Assembly (NCBI GenBank): GCA_964433875.1
Contig: CAYSSO010000004.1
Span: 22,233 to 86,232, forward strand
From: an uncultured Mesoaciditoga sp.
GTDB taxonomy: Bacteria > Thermotogota > Thermotogae > Mesoaciditogales > Mesoaciditogaceae
Length of the DNA stretch: 64,000 nucleotides
Reading direction: 5' to 3'
The first letter of the stretch is position 1; each line of letters starts with the position of its first letter. The notes under the pieces were generated by a model. That model worked only from the letters and a program-made list of their open reading frames with translations. It ran no database searches and was not told the DNA's origin. The position numbers and the translations under genes were made by a program. Positions 46,729 through 56,798 of the stretch are shown here, piece after piece.

Positions 46729-47763
46729 TTATAATGATATCTTTTCGATTATCATCTTTGCTATTGTTGTTGAAGGATTGGAAGTTGGCCGTAATTTTTT
46801 GAGGTTGTTCGATACAGATTCGTAAAACTCTTTTTGTGAAATTTTTTGAATCGTTGAGATTATCATCTCTAAATCGATCCTTTCTTCATCGACTACAAAA
46901 GCCCCCCCCATCTTTTCAAGATACTTTGCATTTAATTCTTGATGGCCGTTAAGCGCTCCTTTCCAGGGCACAAGGATTGAGGGCTTTGCGCTCTGAATTA
47001 TCTCTGCCACTGTACTTGCGCCTGCACGCGATATTACCACATCACAATTTCTCATTAAATATGGGATATCTTCGTAGTATTCGAAATTCACCACATTGTC
47101 ATTTTCGATCTTTAAAGGGCCTATGTGGAAGAAGATGATCTCTTTCATTCTTTTTGAAAGATCCTGGACTATCCTATCGATGACATTCGATCCCTCGCTT
47201 CCTCCGAATGCGAGAATCTTCATGGCCGGAAACTTTTTTAAAAATTCGGGATCTTTGCCCAGTTCAAATCCTTCCCTTACAGGCATCCCGACAAAAATGC
47301 CATTGATCGATCTTGCCGTTTCTTCGAAAGCACAAAAAGATGTTACGGCATATTCAGAGAGTTTTTTTGTGGATATGCCAGGTTGGACGTTGGACTCGTG
47401 AAGAAAAAGTGGAATACCTTTTTTGTGCGATATGTATCCGGTAATTCCTCCTATATATCCACCTGTTGTGAAAACAAAGTTTGGAGAAAAACTGGATATC
47501 AACCTTGATATCTTCAAAGTGGCAATCGCGTTTTTGTAAAGGTATTTTATTCTCGACGAATCGCTGCCTGTGGCGGGAATCTGGACGTAGTCGTATTTGA
47601 AATTTTTGAATATCTTCGCCTCCGCACCCCGACCCGTGCCGACAAAAAGCGCCCTTAGATTGACGATCTTTGACATTTCGTCTGCGACGGCGACGGCAGG
47701 ATATATGTGGCCTCCTGTGACTCCCGCCGCAAATATGCCCTTAATCTCTGTTTGAATAGGCAA
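46729..47763 (-). CDS. murG: undecaprenyldiphospho-muramoylpentapeptide beta-N-acetylglucosaminyltransferase
   Basis: FAAGVTGGHIYPAVAVA, and a C-terminal GASTVAEI motif. The TTG start is uncertain and overlaps the ftsW end. Confidence 0.85.
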   Translation of the reverse strand: MPIQTEIKGIFAAGVTGGHIYPAVAVADEMSKIVNLRALFVGTGRGAEAKIFKNFKYDYVQIPATGSDSSRIKYLYKNAIATLKISRLISSFSPNFVFTTGGYIGGITGYISHKKGIPLFLHESNVQPGISTKKLSEYAVTSFCAFEETARSINGIFVGMPVREGFELGKDPEFLKKFPAMKILAFGGSEGSNVIDRIVQDLSKRMKEIIFFHIGPLKIENDNVVNFEYYEDIPYLMRNCDVVISRAGASTVAEIIQSAKPSILVPWKGALNGHQELNAKYLEKMGGAFVVDEERIDLEMIISTIQKISQKEFYESVSNNLKKLRPTSNPSTTIAKMIIEKISL

Positions 47764-48826
47764 TGTTTATCACGATCCCCAATCCCGCTAACAACGCTAT
47801 TATAGAACTTCCACCATAACTGAAAAACGGCAATGTTACCCCGGTAACCGGAAGGATACCCAAAGAGACGCCGGCATTGAAAAGTACCTGTATTCCGATC
47901 AAAAACGCATAACCTGTTATGTAGACCTTCGCGAATATATCGTTAACTCTCAGAGAAATATGGACTATTTCTCTTATAAGCATGTAGTAAAGGATCATTA
48001 TCAGAATTATTCCAATCAATCCGAATTCCTCACCAAAGACCGCAAAGATAAAGTCGCTAAACTGAACTGGCAAGAAGAATTTGTAAACAGATCCGCCCGG
48101 ACCGGTTCCGAACAATCCACCGCTGTTTATCGCAGAAAGGGCCATATTCGCCTGATAATTAGAACTGCCCGTTATAAGGTATGTAAAAAAAGACGTAAGC
48201 CTCTCTGCCTGATACGCGTGCAAAAGGCCGGCTGCATAGGCTCCGAGGATACCGAGTACTCCAAGGCCAATTACACCGAGAACGTGAAGTAACTTTGCCC
48301 CGGCGATGTAAAGCACCACAAGGGTTATAAGGAAGAGCAATATCGTTGTTCCAAGGTCTGGTTCAAAAAACACGAGCAGATATATCGGTAAAAGCCTGAT
48401 TATGGGATCTACTATTCCATCTTTGAAAGTGCTTATCTCTCCGTTCTTTCTGCTTACGTAAGCGGCAAGGTATATAAGCAAAAAGATCTTCGCGAACTCA
48501 GAACTTTGAATGGAATAAGATCCTATCGAGATCCATCTGTGAGATCCGGCCACACGGCTTGAGAAAAAGACCGCTATAAGCGCCACAATCGTCAAAATGT
48601 AATAAAGGCCAGTGTAAGATTCGTGCTTTCTGTAGTCAAAAAGACTGAAAAAGATCATGAGCACGACGCCTACCATGATGGCAACTATTTGGTGAACGAG
48701 ATAGTAATCAGGTGGTGGATATGGGTACCTGTAAGTCATTATGTAACTTGCGCTGTAGAGTGTAACGAGTCCTATCGCGGAAATTATCGAAAGCAGTATG
48801 AGTATTTTACTCGTTGATTTTTCCAT
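47741..48826 (-). CDS. ftsW: SEDS-family peptidoglycan glycosyltransferase FtsW
   Basis: About 10 TM helices. SEFAKI, EPDLGTT, and a PFFSYGGSS-type C-terminus. Its position in the mur cluster fits FtsW. ATG 48826 is preceded by AAGGA. Confidence 0.85.
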   Translation of the reverse strand: MEKSTSKILILLSIISAIGLVTLYSASYIMTYRYPYPPPDYYLVHQIVAIMVGVVLMIFFSLFDYRKHESYTGLYYILTIVALIAVFFSSRVAGSHRWISIGSYSIQSSEFAKIFLLIYLAAYVSRKNGEISTFKDGIVDPIIRLLPIYLLVFFEPDLGTTILLFLITLVVLYIAGAKLLHVLGVIGLGVLGILGAYAAGLLHAYQAERLTSFFTYLITGSSNYQANMALSAINSGGLFGTGPGGSVYKFFLPVQFSDFIFAVFGEEFGLIGIILIMILYYMLIREIVHISLRVNDIFAKVYITGYAFLIGIQVLFNAGVSLGILPVTGVTLPFFSYGGSSIIALLAGLGIVINIAYSNRD

Positions 48827-50069
48827 ATACGATCCTTTTGAATTCCTTTCCTCGCTCTTCGTAATTTTTAAACATATCAAAGGAAGTGGCTGCCGGACTT
48901 AAAAGTACGAAATCACCATCTTTGGCAATCTTGATCGATATCTCTACCGCTTCTTCCATCGAATTTGCTTTGAAATAACGCACTCCATCAAGGAGAGGCT
49001 CGATTACAGGTATCATCTCTCCCATCAATATAACGGACTTTGATCTTTCCTGTAGTCCCTTTGCGAGGTTCGAGTAATCCTTTTCCTTAGGCCGGCCGCA
49101 TATTATGACTATTGAATTTTTAAAATTATCGAGCGCTTTAAGGGTAGATTCTGAAGTTGTTGATTTTGAATCGTTAACGTAAGTAACGCCTTTTATTTTG
49201 GCGAAGATCTCCTGTCTGTGCTCGAGAGGTATGAAAGTTTCAAGCCCTTTCATGATCTGATCATCAGAGGATCCGAGTTTCTTCGCGATAAAGGCGGAAA
49301 ATGCCGCGTTGTAGATATTGTGAATTCCTCTCAGTTTAGTTTTATCGAGAGGAAAATAGGTTTTACCTATTTTAAACCCTGTCTCATCCACAAGTATGTC
49401 TCCAGAAATTCTCGATACTCTGATACCTTTAACCTTTGGGATATCGCTGTCAGCGTTGTAGACGAATGTCTTTGCCATGGCAAGTTTCATCTTCGAATTC
49501 ACGTATTCTGCGAAACTCTTGTGCCAGTCAAGGTGATTTGGAGAGATATTCAATACAACTCCAATATCGGGCACAAATGTATCTGTCCCCATCAACTGAA
49601 AACTGCTTACCTCAAGTAAAGAAATAGGCTCATTCCTTCTATCGCTCGCGGCCGTTCCTATATTGCCGCCCGTGAAGTGAGGGATATTTGAAACCTTCAG
49701 AATATGATCTGTAAGAGAGACTGTCGTCGTTTTACCATTTGATCCGGTTATCGCGATTATCTTTGAGCCATTTAAAACGTATCTCCATGCGAATTCTATC
49801 TCTCCGATCGCACGTTTTTCCCTTACCGATCTCTCGATAAGGGGATCGTCAGGCCTTACCGAAGGACTGTATATTATAAGATCGCTTTTTAAGACGCGCT
49901 CCGTATTTCCATTTTCTTCAAAATCTATTCCATGCTTCAAAAAAAACTCTTTATCCTCTTTGGAAAGAGAATTCCTTTCCGATATAAAAATATTTCCCAT
50001 CCTTTTTTCCATCAAAAATTTAAGTACAGATCTGTTACTTACTCCAAATCCAATCAGCGCAAAATCCAT
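48807..50069 (-). CDS. murD: UDP-N-acetylmuramoylalanine--D-glutamate ligase
   Basis: Mur ligase P-loop AITGSNGKTTT. The N-terminal Rossmann-like region and the position between mraY and ftsW fit MurD. Confidence 0.85.
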   Translation of the reverse strand: MDFALIGFGVSNRSVLKFLMEKRMGNIFISERNSLSKEDKEFFLKHGIDFEENGNTERVLKSDLIIYSPSVRPDDPLIERSVREKRAIGEIEFAWRYVLNGSKIIAITGSNGKTTTVSLTDHILKVSNIPHFTGGNIGTAASDRRNEPISLLEVSSFQLMGTDTFVPDIGVVLNISPNHLDWHKSFAEYVNSKMKLAMAKTFVYNADSDIPKVKGIRVSRISGDILVDETGFKIGKTYFPLDKTKLRGIHNIYNAAFSAFIAKKLGSSDDQIMKGLETFIPLEHRQEIFAKIKGVTYVNDSKSTTSESTLKALDNFKNSIVIICGRPKEKDYSNLAKGLQERSKSVILMGEMIPVIEPLLDGVRYFKANSMEEAVEISIKIAKDGDFVLLSPAATSFDMFKNYEERGKEFKRIVYGKINE

Positions 50070-51001
50070 AAGATTCCTCCAATGATAACAACCGTGAGGA
50101 TCGCCTGGGATATCCAGAAGCCCGTCGTTACTTCGAGTTCGGAATAACCAGACAGTTCAAAATGATGATGAATTGGACTCATTTTAAAGATACGCTTTTT
50201 TCTGATCTTGTAACTTGTAACCTGCATTAAAACGCTTACGGCCTCGATTATGAAGACCGGAAAAATAAGGATCATCCATAATTCCATTCCGTAAAGCATG
50301 CCGATCGTTCCTATATAACCTCCGATCGCAAGGGAACCGACATCTCCCATAAAGATCTTCGCTGGTTTGATGTTGTAGAATAAAAACCCGAGGACTGCTC
50401 CCATCATGCTAAAGGTCATCGAAGCGGGTAAATTTTTGATCAGTGAAAGTACAAGAAGGCCAAGAGAGGATATTAAAAATATGCCTCCTGCAAGGCCATC
50501 AAGGCCATCGGTGAGGTTAGAGGCATTGGACATACCAGCCACAAAGATTATGGTAAAGATCGGATAAAACCATCCAAGGTTTATGGCAAAGGAGGTAAAT
50601 GGAACTAAGATGTAAGTGTGAGGATTTACCATCTCAACAAAGACGTAAACGATTAAAGATACAAGAAGTTGAAGAGAAAGTTTTTGAATCCCGCTTAATC
50701 CCTTCGCCCTTTTTAAAAAGGTTTGAATAAGACCGTCTGCAAGTCCTATTGACCAGAAGCCCATAGTTGAGATTACAAGGATCAAAGTCGGAAGAGATCT
50801 ATCAAAGATAAAGGCTACAATGACAGCGATAGGTATGAAGACGGTACCGGCCATCGTTGGCGTTCCCTCTTTGTAATTGTGCATATTTGGGCCTTCCGGC
50901 CTTACATGTTGTCCTATCTTTCCTCTTGCGAAGATCAAAAAGGGATAAAGTGTTAAGAGCGAAAGGATAAAAGAAAGCACAAATTCTATAACATGGCTCA
51001 A
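50054..51001 (-). CDS. mraY: phospho-N-acetylmuramoyl-pentapeptide transferase
   Basis: KEGTPTMGG-like KEGTPTMAG, NASNLTDGLDGLA, MGDVGSLAIGG, SPIHHHFEL. Confidence 0.95.
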   Translation of the reverse strand: MSHVIEFVLSFILSLLTLYPFLIFARGKIGQHVRPEGPNMHNYKEGTPTMAGTVFIPIAVIVAFIFDRSLPTLILVISTMGFWSIGLADGLIQTFLKRAKGLSGIQKLSLQLLVSLIVYVFVEMVNPHTYILVPFTSFAINLGWFYPIFTIIFVAGMSNASNLTDGLDGLAGGIFLISSLGLLVLSLIKNLPASMTFSMMGAVLGFLFYNIKPAKIFMGDVGSLAIGGYIGTIGMLYGMELWMILIFPVFIIEAVSVLMQVTSYKIRKKRIFKMSPIHHHFELSGYSELEVTTGFWISQAILTVVIIGGILWILR

Positions 51002-52218
51002 GATACCTTCAATGCCTCCTTTATCTGTCCTACGATATCTTCCATGCGGTAGAACCTTGAACCCTTGACAAGTATAACATCATTTCTCTCTAAAATATTT
51101 AAAAACTTATCCAAATTGTAAGGAATCCCAAAAGGATAAAAATTCTCATTTTGGAATGTGAAAACTGCCTTAGGCTTAATTTCTTCGTACAAAGATAGAA
51201 GATTTTTCTTTAAGTTTTCATCCTCTTTCAATTCCTTCATCGGCGCTATCACCCATACGGATCTTCCAAGATTTGCGCATGTTCTCGCCGCATTTTCGAA
51301 GGACTCTGGACTTGCGTTGTACGTGTCATCAACCAAGAGATAATCTCCCACTTTCTCTATATTCATTCTCGAAGGAGGCATCTTTAATCCTTCGAGATCG
51401 GAGGTGCCAAAGGTTAGCCCTATTCGTGAAAGTAAGGTAAGGGCCATGTTTAGATCTTTTATCTGTCCATCTCCCCAGATGCCTTCGAGGATTACTCTCG
51501 ATCCGTTTAACTCAACGATCGTTTTGAGAGAATCGTATCCTTTCAAATGCACAAATCTATCGTAAATGACACCCTTTCCTTCGAGCGAAAGCCTTGGATC
51601 TCCATCGTAGATGACGAAATCCTTTGTGTGTTTTGCTATAGAAGATTTTTCTTTTGCCACGTCTATGAATGCGGAGTGAGCGCTTCCGACAAGAGTTATT
51701 ATCGAGATATCTGGATTAAAAGTTGAGGAAAGGTATTCTATATCAAATGGCATCTGTGCACCCATTTCCATAACGCAAAAGTCAGGATTTGCAATTCCAT
51801 TCAAAATAGAAATGGAAATTCCAACATCGGTATTTAGATTACCCTCGGTTTTTAAAACATTTCCGTGTTTCGAAAGGAGGTGAAAGAGAAATTCTTTTGT
51901 CGTTGTTTTTCCATTCGAGCCTGTTATCGCTATTTTCAGAGACTTATTTATCTTCGATCTCGCAAGATCGATCATACCCTTCTTCACATCTTCGACAAGA
52001 ATATAAGTAGAAAAATCTATTTTTCTACTTACAACGGCCACTGATCCCTTCGAGTAAACCTCTTTGACAAAATCATGGCCATCTGCGTTTTGGCCTTTGA
52101 GCGCAAAAAACAAATCATCCTTTTCACACTGGCGGGAATCAGATCTAAAGTGTTTTATTTCCTTATCCTCTCCTTTAAGTTCTCCGTTCATCAACTTTGA
52201 AATTTCGGATAATCTCAA
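50998..52218 (-). CDS. murF: UDP-N-acetylmuramoyl-tripeptide--D-alanyl-D-alanine ligase
   Basis: ITGSNGKTTTKEF and DDTYNASPES. 406 aa. Confidence 0.85.
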   Translation of the reverse strand: MRLSEISKLMNGELKGEDKEIKHFRSDSRQCEKDDLFFALKGQNADGHDFVKEVYSKGSVAVVSRKIDFSTYILVEDVKKGMIDLARSKINKSLKIAITGSNGKTTTKEFLFHLLSKHGNVLKTEGNLNTDVGISISILNGIANPDFCVMEMGAQMPFDIEYLSSTFNPDISIITLVGSAHSAFIDVAKEKSSIAKHTKDFVIYDGDPRLSLEGKGVIYDRFVHLKGYDSLKTIVELNGSRVILEGIWGDGQIKDLNMALTLLSRIGLTFGTSDLEGLKMPPSRMNIEKVGDYLLVDDTYNASPESFENAARTCANLGRSVWVIAPMKELKEDENLKKNLLSLYEEIKPKAVFTFQNENFYPFGIPYNLDKFLNILERNDVILVKGSRFYRMEDIVGQIKEALKVS

Positions 52219-53672
52219 ATAAGGCCCATCCCTTTCAAAATATCAAATGCCACATCTTTATCTTTAAAAGGTACCTCGTAGCCGTTGAAGATCTGGACCC
52301 TTTCATGGCCCTTTCCGGCAATTACGACCTTGTCGCCGTCTTTCCATTCCTTTAAAGCCATCTCTATTGCCCTTCTTCTGTCAGGAACTACGCGAAGTTT
52401 TTCTCTTTCCGATATTCCATTCATAACTTCGCTTATTATCTTCATAGGATCTTCAGATTTTGGATTGTCGTTGGTAAGAAAGATAAGATCCGCGTATTTC
52501 TGTGCCATAGATCCCATCAAAGGCCTCTTTCCTCTGTCCGCATCTCCACCTGCCCCGAAGACGAGGATAAGGCGGCCCTTTGTCAATTTTTTGACGAATT
52601 TAAGCACAGCCTCAAGAGCCGCTGGCGTGTGGGCATAATCTATGTAAAAATCGTACCCATGACCATGGTGCCTTTCAAGTCTTCCTTCAACTCCCTTGAA
52701 TTTTTTGACAACATCCCTTATCAAATCCGTGTCAATGCCAAATGATACAGCAGAAAGAATCGAAGGAATAAGATCGTAGATCATGAAATCCCCTATTATC
52801 GGGGTTTCAAACTCCACATTCTCTCCATCGACGTTCAAGGTAAACCTTGTGCCGTTATCGTCTGATTCTTTTATCTTGAAGATCACATCTGCCCTTTTTC
52901 CGTAAGTTATTACCCTTATTCCCTTCTCGGCGGCACGTTGGGCGTACAATCTTGCCCATTTTCCGGCATCTAAATTTATAAATGCGATTCCGTCGGGTTT
53001 TACAAGGTCTATGAGATGCGCCTTTGCCTCAAAATAATTTTCGAAGTTAAGGTGCGTATCGAAATGATCCCGTGTAAGATTTAAAAAGGCTATTCTGTCA
53101 AAGGATAGTCCATCGAGGCGCTTCATTTCAAGCCCTTGAGAAGAGGCTTCAAGAGAGGCAAATTTTGCACCTTCGCTTTTTGCTCTTTGCAAAAGTTTTG
53201 CAAAGTATATGGGCGACTGGGTTGTATGATCTGAAAGTTCAAAAAATTCGGGCGTTGAATTCGCAACAGTTGTCATTAGGGCACATCCGTTACCATATGC
53301 CTTTACTATCTCGCCAAAGAGAGTTGCTGATGTTGTTTTTCCTTTCGTGCCGGTGACGGCAAAGAATTTCATGTCGTTAAAAGGGCCAAAAAAATTGTAA
53401 GCGATTAACGATATAGCCCGCCTTATGTCATTTACGATAACGTAAGGTTTGGAGGTCTTTATCTCGTATTGACAAAGCAGGGCCGCGGCCTTCGTTTCAT
53501 TTGCGACGGTATGGGAATCAAATCTCGATCCTTTTATGCATGCAAAAAGAGACCCTTCAACGGTTTTCCTTGAATCTTCGCAAAACTCATTAATTTCCGG
53601 ATCATACGACAAAGAATGACCTACAACGAGGTCATTCTTCGAAAGTAAATCGATTATCTTTGATAATCTCAT
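52215..53672 (-). CDS. murE: UDP-N-acetylmuramoyl-L-alanyl-D-glutamate--(diamino acid) ligase MurE
   Basis: [32 protein letters not shown]. The specificity motif reads DNPK (52458-52469). Confidence 0.85.
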   Translation of the reverse strand: MRLSKIIDLLSKNDLVVGHSLSYDPEINEFCEDSRKTVEGSLFACIKGSRFDSHTVANETKAAALLCQYEIKTSKPYVIVNDIRRAISLIAYNFFGPFNDMKFFAVTGTKGKTTSATLFGEIVKAYGNGCALMTTVANSTPEFFELSDHTTQSPIYFAKLLQRAKSEGAKFASLEASSQGLEMKRLDGLSFDRIAFLNLTRDHFDTHLNFENYFEAKAHLIDLVKPDGIAFINLDAGKWARLYAQRAAEKGIRVITYGKRADVIFKIKESDDNGTRFTLNVDGENVEFETPIIGDFMIYDLIPSILSAVSFGIDTDLIRDVVKKFKGVEGRLERHHGHGYDFYIDYAHTPAALEAVLKFVKKLTKGRLILVFGAGGDADRGKRPLMGSMAQKYADLIFLTNDNPKSEDPMKIISEVMNGISEREKLRVVPDRRRAIEMALKEWKDGDKVVIAGKGHERVQIFNGYEVPFKDKDVAFDILKGMGLI

Positions 53673-54955
53673 CTTCCTATTGAATAAAATGCGCTTAATC
53701 CTTTGTAAAGTCCCACAGAGCCGAGTTTTGACTCTATTTTAAGAAGTCTGTTGTATTTTGCGATCCTTTCGCTCCTCGATAGAGATCCTGTCTTTATAAG
53801 CCCTGTGTTCATTGCGACCGAAAGATCCGCAATGAATGTGTCCTCCGTCTCTCCGGATCTGTGAGAAACCACGCATGTAAAACCGTGAGTCTTAGCGTAC
53901 TCTATGGTGTCAAGCGTCTCGGTAACGGACCCTATTTGATTTAGTTTTATGAGAATGGAATTTGTTGCCTTTTTCTCTACACCTGTCTTCAGTCTATTTA
54001 CATTTGTGACGTATAAATCATCGCCGATGATCTGAATTTTTTTGCCGAGTTCTTTTGTTATCTTGACAAAGCCATCCCAGTCTTCCTCGTAGAATGGATC
54101 TTCTATTGAGATTATCGGATACTTATCGACGATCTTTTTGTAAAAATCTAACAATTCATCCGTTGTTATGTCTTTTCCACCAAAATGGTACTTTTTCTTT
54201 GTCTCGTCGTAAAAAGAATCCGGTGCACTGTCAATGGCTACATATATGTCTTTTCCGGGTTTGTATCCGGCCTTTTCTATTGCTTGAACGATTACCTCTA
54301 TCGCCTCTTCGTTTGATCCCAGCTTCGGTGCAAATCCTCCCTCGTCACCGACAGAAGTTGCCATCTTCATGGATTTAAGAATTGATTTTAACGCCTGAAA
54401 GGTTTCTGCTCCATATCTCAACGCCTCTTTAAAGGTTGGGGCACCGGCAGGGACTATCAGAAATTCTTGTATATCAAGGCCACTATCGGCGTGTTTTCCA
54501 CCATTTATAACGTTCATCATCGGAACGGGCAATGTCTTGGCGTTGGGCCCTCCAAGGTACTCGTAAAGATCCATGTAAAGCGCATTCGCCGCGGCGCGGG
54601 CGACTGCCATTGAAACTCCGAGAATTGCGTTCGCACCGAGAGAGGATTTATTCGGTGTTCCATCGAGTTCTATCATTGTCTTATCAACGTATGCCTGATC
54701 GAAGACATTTAAGCCAACGACTCTCGGGGCTATCTTTTCATTGACATTTTCGACGGCCTTTTCTACGCCTTTTCCGTCGTATCTTTTTCCTCCATCTCTT
54801 AATTCAAGGGCTTCGTGCTTTCCGGTCGACGCCCCGGATGGAACCATGGCCGTGCCAGTCGTGCCATCCTCCAAAAGCACATCGACTTCGACGGTTGGAT
54901 TTCCTCTCGAGTCGAGAATTTCCATCGCTTTCACATCAATTATATCCGTATGCAT
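53669..54955 (-). CDS. eno: enolase (phosphopyruvate hydratase)
   Basis: [47 protein letters not shown] 54955 is preceded by AGGAGG. The stop overlaps the murE start (ATGA). Confidence 0.95.
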   Translation of the reverse strand: MHTDIIDVKAMEILDSRGNPTVEVDVLLEDGTTGTAMVPSGASTGKHEALELRDGGKRYDGKGVEKAVENVNEKIAPRVVGLNVFDQAYVDKTMIELDGTPNKSSLGANAILGVSMAVARAAANALYMDLYEYLGGPNAKTLPVPMMNVINGGKHADSGLDIQEFLIVPAGAPTFKEALRYGAETFQALKSILKSMKMATSVGDEGGFAPKLGSNEEAIEVIVQAIEKAGYKPGKDIYVAIDSAPDSFYDETKKKYHFGGKDITTDELLDFYKKIVDKYPIISIEDPFYEEDWDGFVKITKELGKKIQIIGDDLYVTNVNRLKTGVEKKATNSILIKLNQIGSVTETLDTIEYAKTHGFTCVVSHRSGETEDTFIADLSVAMNTGLIKTGSLSRSERIAKYNRLLKIESKLGSVGLYKGLSAFYSIGR

Positions 54956-55018
54956 TTTCAAAACCTCCTTTGAACAGTTCAAATTCAATTATAACACTAA
55001 TTTAATTATACTTGGATG

Positions 55019-55047
55019 TTCGAAATTTGAATGCCATTTGGTATACT
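55019..55047 (+). promoter_or_regulatory. candidate promoter for murJ (extended -10)
   Basis: TTCGAA (55019-55024), a 17-nt spacer ending in TGg, then TATACT (55042-55047). It lies 23 nt upstream of GTG 55071. Confidence 0.45.
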
Positions 55048-55070
55048 TTTATCAAATTCTGTAAAATCGG

Positions 55071-56567
55071 GTGTTAAAGACGAATAGCGAAAAGATCTCA
55101 TCACAAGATATAATAAGTGGCACGGTGTGGATAACCCTCTTTGTTGCCGGGTCAAAAATACTCGGCTTCGTAAGGCAGATGCTTGCTGGCATGCTCTTTG
55201 GGACAAGCAGTGGCTACGACGCCGTTATCGTGGCTTTGGGCCCTACGGATATAGTTGCTGGAATAATAGCCGGCGCCTTCGCGTCTATAGCCGTGCCAAT
55301 TTACATAGAAGAAAAAATGCACGATCATCACAGGGAATATGCGAGATCTCTTCTTACTTTTACATCTATTTTTCTACTTTTATTCGGAATTACTCTTGCC
55401 GCTTTTCCATCTTTTTACATCCATATCTTTGCTCCCACCTTTAAGGGAGACGAATTAAAGATGGCGGAAAATTATCTTAGAATTTATTCTATTCTTCCGC
55501 TTTTAAACGGATGGTCGAATCTTTTCGGGTCTTTCCTGAGGGCTGAAAGGATGTTTTTTCAATACTCCGTTGCCCAATTTTCGGCGAATATTTTTTTGAT
55601 ACCTGCCATGCTTTTATTCTATCCACTTCTTAAAGAAGGATCTTATGCGCTTTCCCTCGAATTTGGAACGGGAGCGATAGGCCTTACGGCCTATCTTTAT
55701 GGAAGAAAGATATGGGGCAGGATCCCATTTGGTCTTGATAGCACCAAAATCAGGCACACCTTCTATCTTGCCGTTCCACTTTTGCTCTCTTCTTCTGTCG
55801 CGACGATAAATGGTGTTGTGGATAGGGCCTTTGCAAGTGGCCTTGAGGTTGGAAGCATTTCATCTTTGAATTATTCTTTTACGATCGTCGGAATGATAAA
55901 TGGAATAATAACTTCTGGAATCCTTGCCACATCTTTGACAAGCCTCTCTGAGAATGAGGTTAATTTCAACGGCAAGACAATCGTTTCGCAAACGAGGGCG
56001 ATCTTTGAGTCTATGATAAAGATTCTTGCCCCGATAACTGCCTTTACCATTGTTTGTGCCGATTTGATAGTAAAGATAATATACCAGCGAGGGGCCTTTA
56101 CGACCGAGTCAACTATCATGACTGCCTCAACGCTTGTTGCATATTCACCGATGATAATAACCGTTCCTCTTACGGGTATCCTTGGAAATATATACATTTC
56201 TAAAAAGCGAACGTTGAAACTTACGGTAATAAGCGTTCCCATGATCTTTTTGAATGCTTATCTCGACTGGATATTGATGATTCCTCTCAAACAGGTGGGT
56301 ATAGCGGCCTCTTCGAGTATAGTTTCATTTCTACTCCTGTTTTTGATGATATACGATCTTGGAATATCCGGAATGAATGGATTCTTTTCGATCAAGACTA
56401 TCCTGCCGGTCTTGACCTCTGTGATTTACGTGATCATCTTTTTATTTGCCCTTTCAAAATTAAGTACCGTGCCAAGGAATATAATCGCGATCTCTGTGTT
56501 TTTGATCCTTTTCATTTTCTTTGGAAGAAATGAAATAAGAATGGTCGTAAAAAGATTCATCAAATAG
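55071..56567 (+). CDS. murJ: lipid II flippase MurJ (MviN)
   Basis: 498 aa with about 14 TM helices. The MurJ-like N-terminus is GSKILGFVRQMLAGMLFGTSSGYDA. It is divergent from the mur operon. Confidence 0.8.
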   Translation: MLKTNSEKISSQDIISGTVWITLFVAGSKILGFVRQMLAGMLFGTSSGYDAVIVALGPTDIVAGIIAGAFASIAVPIYIEEKMHDHHREYARSLLTFTSIFLLLFGITLAAFPSFYIHIFAPTFKGDELKMAENYLRIYSILPLLNGWSNLFGSFLRAERMFFQYSVAQFSANIFLIPAMLLFYPLLKEGSYALSLEFGTGAIGLTAYLYGRKIWGRIPFGLDSTKIRHTFYLAVPLLLSSSVATINGVVDRAFASGLEVGSISSLNYSFTIVGMINGIITSGILATSLTSLSENEVNFNGKTIVSQTRAIFESMIKILAPITAFTIVCADLIVKIIYQRGAFTTESTIMTASTLVAYSPMIITVPLTGILGNIYISKKRTLKLTVISVPMIFLNAYLDWILMIPLKQVGIAASSSIVSFLLLFLMIYDLGISGMNGFFSIKTILPVLTSVIYVIIFLFALSKLSTVPRNIIAISVFLILFIFFGRNEIRMVVKRFIK

Positions 56568-56602
56568 TCTTTTGGTATCCTCCTCTCGGTATGCCTTAGC
56601 CT

Positions 56603-56631
56603 CTTGTATTAATAAAAATCTTGTGGTATAC
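56603..56631 (+). promoter_or_regulatory. candidate promoter for tRNA-Pro (extended -10)
   Basis: TTGTAT (56603-56608), a 17-nt spacer ending in TGg, then TATACT (56626-56631). The tRNA 5' end lies 13 nt downstream. Confidence 0.55.
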
Positions 56632-56643
56632 TTTTTAAGTATT

Positions 56644-56718
<75 letters not shown>

Positions 56719-56749
56719 AAATTCCGGCTGTTGCCGGAATTTTTATTTT
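56719..56749 (+). terminator. Rho-independent terminator after tRNA-Pro
   Basis: Hairpin AATTCCGGC-TGTT-GCCGGAATT followed by TTTTATTTT. Confidence 0.8.
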
Positions 56750-56798
56750 GTTGCTTATTATGATATAATAGAATTGATAATTATTATCAGGAGGCTTT

